Assembly: GCA_002329465.1 (NCBI GenBank)
Contig: DCTW01000001.1
Span: 2,787 to 53,760, forward strand
Origin: Candidatus Woesebacteria bacterium UBA1430
Lineage (GTDB): Bacteria > Patescibacteriota > Microgenomatia > UBA8517
DNA length: 50,974 bases
Reading direction: 5' to 3'
Shown here: in pieces, positions 44,628 to 50,974 of the stretch
Layout of the letters: each line of letters starts with the position of its first letter
Numbering within the stretch: the stretch's first letter is position 1
Program-made: the position numbers and the translations under genes
The notes under the pieces: model-generated
Told to the model about the DNA's origin: nothing
Databases searched by the model: none
What the model saw: the letters and a program-made list of their open reading frames with translations, nothing else

Positions 44628-45797
44628 ATGAAAAACATTCCCCTTCCAGAAAAAATAAGGCCGAAAACGCTTTCCGAATTCATAGGCCAAAAACACCTTG
44701 TCGGTAAAGACGGGATAATTACCAGATTGCTAACTAGTCAAAAAACTAATAATCAATTTCCTTCTCTAATATTATGGGGTCCTCCTGGATCCGGAAAAAC
44801 AACACTTGCAAGAATTATAGCAAGCCACCTTAAACGCGATTTCTACGAATTCTCGGCAGTAAACGCCAAAACCAAAGACATCGAAAAAATAATTAGTCAT
44901 CAATCTGCCTCGCCGATAGGCGGGCCGTTAATCTTTTTGGACGAAATCCACCGCTTCAACAAAGCTCAACAAGACAAACTCCTTCCTCACGTTGAAAAAG
45001 GGAATATTATTCTTATAGGCGCAACTACAGAAAACCCGTCCTTTGAAGTAATAAATCCCCTTCTTTCCCGAAGCCGAGTTCTTGTCCTTAAAGAGCTCTC
45101 GGAAAAAGACCTTACCAAAATCGCTCAACGCGGACTAAAAAAACTTAATCTCAAAATTAAAATAGATGCATTAAAATTTCTTATCGAGTCAAGCAACGGC
45201 GACGCTCGCATTCTTCTTAATACCCTAGAAATCGCAAAATCCCTTACTACTAGCTACTTACTGCATACTGCCGATATCGAAACTGCTTTGCAGCGCCGCC
45301 ATCTAGCCTTCGACCGCCAAGGCGAGGAGTTCTATAACATTATTAGCTCATATATTAAAAGCATGAGAGCTTCAAATGTTGACGCGGCCCTCTACTATTT
45401 GGCTCGGATGGTAGAGGCCGGACAAGACCCCCTCTATATTGCAAGGCGAATGGTAGTATTTGCAAGTGAAGACGTAGCCTCTCCTACTGCTTTAGTTGTT
45501 GCTAATGCAGTCTTTCAGGCTTGTCAACAAGTTGGTTATCCAGAATGCCAAGAAAATTTGGCAGCAGGCACAGTTTATTTAGCCCAAGCAAAAAAAGACA
45601 GAAGCGCATACGAAGCCTTTATGAGAGCCATGGAGGATGTTAGAAAATACGGCAACCTCCCAACTCCTCTTAAAATCCGCAACGCCCCAACCAAGTTGAT
45701 GAAGGATTTAGGATATGGCAAAAACTATAAACCCTACACAGATAAAGATTTATTGCCAGAAAAACTGAGAGGAAAAAAATACTATCGGAAAAAGTAA
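44628..45797 (+). CDS. rarA: Replication-associated recombination protein RarA/MgsA (start revised to MKNIP)
   Basis: PLPEKIRP, WGPPGSGKTT, LDEIHRFNKAQQD, GATTENPSF, KSMRASN, P+IRNAPTKLMKDLGYG. Confidence 0.93.
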   Translation: MKNIPLPEKIRPKTLSEFIGQKHLVGKDGIITRLLTSQKTNNQFPSLILWGPPGSGKTTLARIIASHLKRDFYEFSAVNAKTKDIEKIISHQSASPIGGPLIFLDEIHRFNKAQQDKLLPHVEKGNIILIGATTENPSFEVINPLLSRSRVLVLKELSEKDLTKIAQRGLKKLNLKIKIDALKFLIESSNGDARILLNTLEIAKSLTTSYLLHTADIETALQRRHLAFDRQGEEFYNIISSYIKSMRASNVDAALYYLARMVEAGQDPLYIARRMVVFASEDVASPTALVVANAVFQACQQVGYPECQENLAAGTVYLAQAKKDRSAYEAFMRAMEDVRKYGNLPTPLKIRNAPTKLMKDLGYGKNYKPYTDKDLLPEKLRGKKYYRKK

Positions 45798-45840
45798 TAT
45801 AATAGTAAATACTTCCCAAATCCAGTAAAATACGTAAAGC

Positions 45841-46683
45841 ATGGTAACACTTAAAATTCTCACGGCAAATATGTGGCTTTTGCCGCCACCCACATCCATA
45901 AACAACCAGGAAAGGCTCGATAATTTCATAAATTTAGTCAAAAAACTCGATCCTGATGCAATCAATCTGCAGGAAGTTTGGCTCAATAAATACATTAACT
46001 ATCTCAAAAAAAAGCTCTTAAGCTACCGCGTAATAAACACAAGCTCGCTTTTTTACAACAAATCCGGCCTTGTTACCCTGATTAAACACAAACCTATAAA
46101 AGTAGAATTTCATAAATTCGATATCAAAAACGATCTGGACCCGGTTGAGCGAATCGCTTCAAAAGGCTTTTTGCGAACCCAATTTTCAAAAGGCGGAAAT
46201 CTTATTAATCTTATAAACACCCACGTTTACCAGTCCTTTGACGAATCAAAATTAAAAATTAAGCTTTCACAGATAGAAGAAGTGATAAAAAAATCCAAAG
46301 CGGCAAACCCCACAATCATTGCAGGAGATCTAAACGTTTTCCCGGAAAAAATAAGTAAGTTAGTTGATCAACTACAAAAAGAGCTGGAAGTGCCTGTAAC
46401 ATATTCTGAAAACAACGCCTACGCTCACAAAGCAGTAAATATAATATTAAATAGAGACGGCGTTTACAACGAAAGGCCAAACAGAATATTAGCAAATATA
46501 AAAAAACCAATTTCTCCGATAAAACTCGAGGTAATTAAAAATCCTCTGGTTTCCGATCATTTTCCGCTGCTTGCAGAAATCACGCTTCCAAGGGGAAAAT
46601 ATATCAAAACAAGCCTCTCAAAAGGCAAAAAAATTCTCATGACTCCCAAAAGCATAGCAAAAAAAATCCTTAAAAAAAGCTAG
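45841..46683 (+). CDS. Endonuclease/exonuclease/phosphatase family protein
   Basis: TAN, LQEVW, NTH, AGDLN, SDHFP. Confidence 0.88.
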   Translation: MVTLKILTANMWLLPPPTSINNQERLDNFINLVKKLDPDAINLQEVWLNKYINYLKKKLLSYRVINTSSLFYNKSGLVTLIKHKPIKVEFHKFDIKNDLDPVERIASKGFLRTQFSKGGNLINLINTHVYQSFDESKLKIKLSQIEEVIKKSKAANPTIIAGDLNVFPEKISKLVDQLQKELEVPVTYSENNAYAHKAVNIILNRDGVYNERPNRILANIKKPISPIKLEVIKNPLVSDHFPLLAEITLPRGKYIKTSLSKGKKILMTPKSIAKKILKKS

Positions 46684-47915
46684 CCGATTTTTTCCTTTTC
46701 AAGCCATTTTCGAAGCACTTTGGGTACAATTATTGACCCATCTTTTTGCTGATAATTTTCCATTATTGCAATCAAAGTCCTAGAAACTGCTATCGCCGTA
46801 CCGTTAAGCATGTGGACATATTCATTGCTGTTCCCCGCGCGATACTTTATGTTCAAATTTCTAGACTGATAATCTGTCGTATTGCTCGTTGAAGTTACTT
46901 CACCGTAGTCTCCCCTCCCGGGCATCCACGCTTCAAGATCATACTTTTTCGCAGCGATTGCTCCAAGGTCTCCTGTACACATCTCAACAACTCTGTAAGG
47001 TATCTCAAGCTCGCGAAGAATCTCCTCCTCAATTCCCAATATCTCCTCATGCATCTCTATTGATTTTTCCGGCAAACAATAAATAAAACACTCAAGCTTT
47101 GTAAACTGATGAACTCGGTAAAGGCCTCTGCTGTACTTTCCGTAAGCACCAGCCTCTTGGCGAAAGCAATGGCTTATTGCGGCATATTTTAGCGGTAAAT
47201 CATCCCTCTTTAATATCTCATCTGCATGATACCCCGCCATCGTTACCTCAGCCGTTGCAATAAGTCCAAGGTCATGGTCTTTAATTTCATAAATCTGCGC
47301 TTCATCCCCCTTCGGTTGATAGCCGGTTCCCAAATAATACCTGCTTTTAGCCAAGTCGGGAGTCATAAAAAACTTATACCCATGCTTCTCCAAAATCTCC
47401 ATCCCAAACTGCATTAATGCATACTCAAGCCTTACGGCATCATTTTTAAGGTAATAAAATTGCGATCCTGCAACCTTCGCCCCCGACTCAAAATCTATCA
47501 AATCAAGCCTATTCATTATATCTAAATGATCAGCCATCCCCTTGCCTGCCGTATTTTTATGGGAAGAAGGCCATCTCCTAATTTCCACATTATCATTCTC
47601 CCCCTCGCCCTCAGGAACATTCTCTAAAGGCAAATTAGGAATTTTCATCAAAACTTCCTCATACTCTAGGCTCACCTCTGCTAAAAGCGGTTCCTTGACC
47701 TTAAGCTCATCTTTTATTCTCTTTCCTTCGATTACATTTTTTTCTTTAGCAAACTTATTCCTTTGCGATCTAAGCTCCTCAATCTCCAAAATAAGCCCTC
47801 TTCTTTTTTCATCAAGCTCAAGCACCTTATCCACCAAAAATACGTCTGCTCCCTTTAAAGCAATTCCCTTTTTTACTTTTTCGGGCTCTTTTCTAATTAA
47901 TTCAATACTAAGCAT
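46680..47915 (-). CDS. serS: Serine--tRNA ligase (start revised to MLSIE)
   Basis: IPNLP, LIATAE, CFRQEAG, GLYRVHQF, KKYDLEAW, HMLNGTAIA..R. Confidence 0.96.
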   Translation of the reverse strand: MLSIELIRKEPEKVKKGIALKGADVFLVDKVLELDEKRRGLILEIEELRSQRNKFAKEKNVIEGKRIKDELKVKEPLLAEVSLEYEEVLMKIPNLPLENVPEGEGENDNVEIRRWPSSHKNTAGKGMADHLDIMNRLDLIDFESGAKVAGSQFYYLKNDAVRLEYALMQFGMEILEKHGYKFFMTPDLAKSRYYLGTGYQPKGDEAQIYEIKDHDLGLIATAEVTMAGYHADEILKRDDLPLKYAAISHCFRQEAGAYGKYSRGLYRVHQFTKLECFIYCLPEKSIEMHEEILGIEEEILRELEIPYRVVEMCTGDLGAIAAKKYDLEAWMPGRGDYGEVTSTSNTTDYQSRNLNIKYRAGNSNEYVHMLNGTAIAVSRTLIAIMENYQQKDGSIIVPKVLRKWLEKEKIG

Positions 47916-47916
47916 T

Positions 47917-48507
47917 TTATAACCCCAAATCTTCTGAAATCTCCTGCATAGCCTTAAGACATATCTCGACAAAGTCTCTCAAGGGAATTTCAAGCCTCTC
48001 CTCACACATTGCAATCTGCTCCCTATTTGCACCCGCAGCAAAGCTACTCTCATTCCATTTTTTCATAATAGAATCAACCGTAACCTCAGAAAGCCTCCCT
48101 CCTTTAACCAAGGCAACTGCCACAATAAGCCCAGTTAGCTCATCGCACGTATAAAGAGCCCACTCCATGGGAGTTTTTGGCTCGGGCATACCATCTACAT
48201 AACCCCAAGCATGAGCTTTAATTGCATCTAGCACCTTCTTTTCCAGACCCTTGCCATCAAGCCACTCCAAAGTTTTTTTTGTGTGCAAAGTCCTAACCTG
48301 CGGCGAATCTTTCAGCTCCTCGTAATCTGCATCATGAAGAAGCCCTGCCATGCCCCACTCATCCTGGCTAGACTGCTCCTTGTCCTCTTTTCCCACAATC
48401 CTGTCGTAAAGCGCTCTCATACACGCCTCCGTAGCAAGCATATGCCTTACCAAATTCTCATTCTTTGTATGCTCTCTAACTAGTTTTAACGCTTCTTCTC
48501 GTTTCAT
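47917..48507 (-). CDS. HD-domain (HDIG-like) phosphohydrolase
   Basis: RHMLATEACM, GLLHDADYE, IKAH, CDELTG. Confidence 0.88.
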   Translation of the reverse strand: MKREEALKLVREHTKNENLVRHMLATEACMRALYDRIVGKEDKEQSSQDEWGMAGLLHDADYEELKDSPQVRTLHTKKTLEWLDGKGLEKKVLDAIKAHAWGYVDGMPEPKTPMEWALYTCDELTGLIVAVALVKGGRLSEVTVDSIMKKWNESSFAAGANREQIAMCEERLEIPLRDFVEICLKAMQEISEDLGL

Positions 48508-49952
48508 TTCTCCTTAGGTCTTAAAAGCGGGAAAAACACTGTCTCCCTTATCGGCTTATCCGCCAAAAAACTAAATAGCCTTTCAGATACACCGAATCCG
48601 GTAACAGGAGGCATGCCAAACTCAAGAGCTTTCACAAAATCCGCATCATTCATCTGGGCCTCCTCATCTCCGGCATCCCGCATCTTCTGCTGAGCCTCAA
48701 ACCTCTCTGCTTGATCAACGGGATCATTAAGCTCACTATAACCATTGCCCATTTCGGTCCCCGCCAAAATAATCTGATATCTTTCGGTAACGCTAGGTTT
48801 GTCAAATTTTCTTTTAGCCAAAGGAGACATTTCAACAGGGTGGCCCGTCAAAAATAAAGGGCCTGTAATTCCTTTTCTCACGCTCTTCCAAAGCAAATCA
48901 ATAAGCCTCGGTTTTTTGTCACCATCGCTATATTTAACCTTAAGTTCATCAAGCTTTTTCTTGATACTGCCCAAGTCCGCTTTTTCAAAATCAATCCCCG
49001 TAGCCTTAAAAAGCGTATCCTTATAATCAACTCTCTCCCATTTTTTACCCAAATCTACATCATAATCACCAATTCTGAATTTTAGCTTCCCAAATGCCGC
49101 CTTTGCTACATGCTTATACATTCGCTCCACAAGCTTCATTGAATCATCATAATTTGCATAAGCCCAATAAAACTCCATCTGCATATAATCCTGAAGGTGC
49201 TCGCGGCTTATCCCCTCATTCCGAAACTGTCTGCCTATCTCAAAAGTCTTCTCAAATCCAGCCACCATAAGCCTTTTCTGCCAAAGCTCGCCCATAGAAA
49301 TTCTAAGATACAAATCAATATCAAGCGCATCATGATGCGTGATAAAAGCCTTTGCGTCTGCCCCACCGGGAGTAGTTTCCAAAACAGGAGTTTCAACCTC
49401 TATAAACCCCTCCTTTACCAAAAATTCACGAATCGAATTCCAAAAAAGGCTCTTTTTTGTCAAAAGATCCCGAAGCTCGCGGTTCAAAAGTAAATCTATA
49501 TACCGCTCTCTATACCTTAATTCTTCATCCTTAATCCCGTGCCATTTCGAAGGCAGCGGCCTTATTGATTTAGATAAAATCTGAAGGTCAGAAACATCAA
49601 TAGTTATTTCTCCCGCTTCGGTTTTAAACACCTCTCCGCTTACCCACAAAATATCTCCAATATCTATAAGCTTTACAATTTCAAAAAGAGCGTCAAGCTT
49701 TTTCTTCTGAAAAAAAATCTGAATAGAGCCGGAAAAATCTTCTAAATCCGAAAAAACAATATTCCCATGCACTCTAAAGCCCATAACCCTTCCGGCGGCC
49801 GACACGCGCTTGCCAATAAGCCCGCGGACTTTCTTAATGGCAGCAGGCTTTGCTTTAGGCTTTGACGGATATGGATTAATACCCATCTCCCGAAGCTTTA
49901 CTACCTTCTCAAGCCTCAATTTTCTAATCTCATTTAACCTTTTTTCTGCCAT
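48504..49952 (-). CDS. lysS: Lysine--tRNA ligase (class II)
   Basis: OB-fold AGRV, YRERYIDL, EVETP, FEIGRQFRNEG, EMGNGYSELNDP, GMPPVTGFG. Confidence 0.96.
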   Translation of the reverse strand: MAEKRLNEIRKLRLEKVVKLREMGINPYPSKPKAKPAAIKKVRGLIGKRVSAAGRVMGFRVHGNIVFSDLEDFSGSIQIFFQKKKLDALFEIVKLIDIGDILWVSGEVFKTEAGEITIDVSDLQILSKSIRPLPSKWHGIKDEELRYRERYIDLLLNRELRDLLTKKSLFWNSIREFLVKEGFIEVETPVLETTPGGADAKAFITHHDALDIDLYLRISMGELWQKRLMVAGFEKTFEIGRQFRNEGISREHLQDYMQMEFYWAYANYDDSMKLVERMYKHVAKAAFGKLKFRIGDYDVDLGKKWERVDYKDTLFKATGIDFEKADLGSIKKKLDELKVKYSDGDKKPRLIDLLWKSVRKGITGPLFLTGHPVEMSPLAKRKFDKPSVTERYQIILAGTEMGNGYSELNDPVDQAERFEAQQKMRDAGDEEAQMNDADFVKALEFGMPPVTGFGVSERLFSFLADKPIRETVFFPLLRPKEK

Positions 49953-50003
49953 ATCTATCTAGATTATAGCCTAACATCCGTAATATCCAAATAACATTTC
50001 GCA

Positions 50004-50237
50004 TCAGCGCATCTCCGATTTAAAACGAACTCCGGTATCTTGATTAGACGCTGTAACAACGCCGATTATTCTCTCTGCTACGCTTAAACTAACACCATGT
50101 CTATCGGAAAACGCTCTTATTTCCGAGGCCAAATCACTCTCGTCAGCTTGCGGCTCAACCTCAATATCAACCTCTACCGGATTCTCATTACGAACAACTC
50201 CTTCTGAAAAACATTTTCTTTCTTCCATTTTAAACAC
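50004..50237 (-). CDS. Small hypothetical protein
   Basis: 77-aa ORF between a terminator and lysS; AAAGGGGG SD-like upstream. Confidence 0.45.
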   Translation of the reverse strand: MFKMEERKCFSEGVVRNENPVEVDIEVEPQADESDLASEIRAFSDRHGVSLSVAERIIGVVTASNQDTGVRFKSEMR

Positions 50238-50253
50238 CCCCTTTCAAAACCTA

Positions 50254-50278
50254 AAAAACCTCCCTAAGGGAGGTTTTT
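50254..50278. terminator. Bidirectional intrinsic terminator after greA
   Basis: AAAAACCTCCC-TAA-GGGAGGTTTTT. Confidence 0.8.
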
Positions 50279-50307
50279 ATATCCAAAGTCCACTTCTTTT
50301 ACCATCT

Positions 50308-50790
50308 TTAATCTATTTTAAGTATCTCGTAAAAAAGTTTTCCGGCAGGAGCTTCTACCTCAACACTCTCTCCCACCTTTTTACCGACAAGAGCGCTTCC
50401 AAGCGGAGATTCGTGAGATATTTTCTTATTCATAGGATCCGCCTCCCACTCACCAACTATATCAAAAATCTGCTCTCCCGAATCCGTTTTTACCGTTACT
50501 TTAGTTCCAACGTCCACTTTATTGCTTCCGTTCGAATTGGTAGAAAGCACAGTGGCATGATCAACCACATGTTTTAGCTCATCAATTCTGCCGTCCAAAA
50601 ACTCAAGTTCCTCTTTAGCCGAAATATAATCGCTGTTCTCAGACAAATCGCCCTCGTTCCTTGCACGCTCAAGCCTCTCGACTAATTTTGGCCTTTTTAC
50701 ATTAACCAATTCATCAAGCTCCGCTTTCAAGGATTCGTATCCGTCTTTTGTCACTTGTATCTGTTTAGTATTATTTTTCATAAAACTCAT
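50308..50790 (-). CDS. greA: Transcription elongation factor GreA
   Basis: ARNEGDLSENSDY, ISHESPLGSAL, VEVEAPAG. Confidence 0.96.
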   Translation of the reverse strand: MSFMKNNTKQIQVTKDGYESLKAELDELVNVKRPKLVERLERARNEGDLSENSDYISAKEELEFLDGRIDELKHVVDHATVLSTNSNGSNKVDVGTKVTVKTDSGEQIFDIVGEWEADPMNKKISHESPLGSALVGKKVGESVEVEAPAGKLFYEILKID

Positions 50791-50797
50791 TAAAAAA

Positions 50798-50929
50798 CTC
50801 CTTACTTTTCCTTAATTTAACTCCGAGAGATTATTTATCTTCCCTCAGAGTTCAAACAACGATCTTCTTGGTGAAAATCCCGAAGGAAATTAGTAAGGAG
50901 GCACTTTTGTTTATATTCTGAGGTTTCAT
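50798..50929 (-). promoter_or_regulatory. Structured greA 5' leader with SD-sequestering stem and 25-codon uORF
   Basis: CTCCTTACT(AA)TTTCCTT (50900-50883) is complementary to AAGGAAAAGTAAGGAG (50813-50798). The uORF runs 50929-50852. Confidence 0.6.
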
Positions 50930-50940
50930 AAACAAGTGAT

Positions 50941-50969
50941 ATTTTAAATTCTTATCAGCCAATTGTCAA
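50941..50969 (-). promoter_or_regulatory. sigma70 promoter for greA
   Basis: TTGACA (50969-50964), 17 nt, TAAAAT (50946-50941). Confidence 0.8.
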
Positions 50970-50974
50970 GCCAC

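Noticed and set aside
1232-49584. Numerous 60-190 aa antisense or alternate-frame ORFs in the supplied track (e.g. 17695-18258+, 18613-19185+, 5709-6122+)
   Set aside because: They are shadows of well-supported genes on the other strand or frame, with no recognisable motifs or initiation signals.
1-50974. Alternative genetic code (TGA=Gly), rRNA/tRNA genes, transposases, prophage
   Set aside because: TGA terminates well-conserved genes at the expected lengths (ATGA overlaps), and I saw no recognisable signatures of the others.

Overview
Gene-dense window that looks like a Patescibacteria/CPR (Microgenomates-like) chromosome. This taxonomy is an inference from gene content, the short intergenic regions and many apparently leaderless genes. 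The code is standard table 11, since TGA is used as a stop. The left half is dominated by surface-fibre systems: a type IV pilus locus (major pilin, PilM/N/O-like proteins, three minor pilins, PilB, PilC), a TasA-like subunit beside a SipW peptidase fused to a second SipW substrate, and a sortase cluster with two N/T/G-rich repeat proteins. It also holds a 7TM histidine kinase coupled to an isoprenoid-synthase-like gene, and an AbiEii-type toxin-antitoxin pair. The right half is mostly housekeeping (tsaB, galE, tsaE, ftsEX, prfB, a Clp ATPase, crp-like, secA, rarA, serS, lysS, greA). Non-coding signals found by reading the sequence: a cobalamin-riboswitch-like element (10373-10447, minus) before an unknown Zn-ribbon protein; a promoter-leader-terminator before the tasA-like gene; a structured greA leader with a 25-codon uORF; inverted heptad arrays flanking a four-helix-bundle gene, with solo arrays elsewhere; and a 22-bp perfect palindrome. 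No rRNA, tRNA, CRISPR array or transposase was recognised. All family assignments come from motif recognition by eye, not from database searches.
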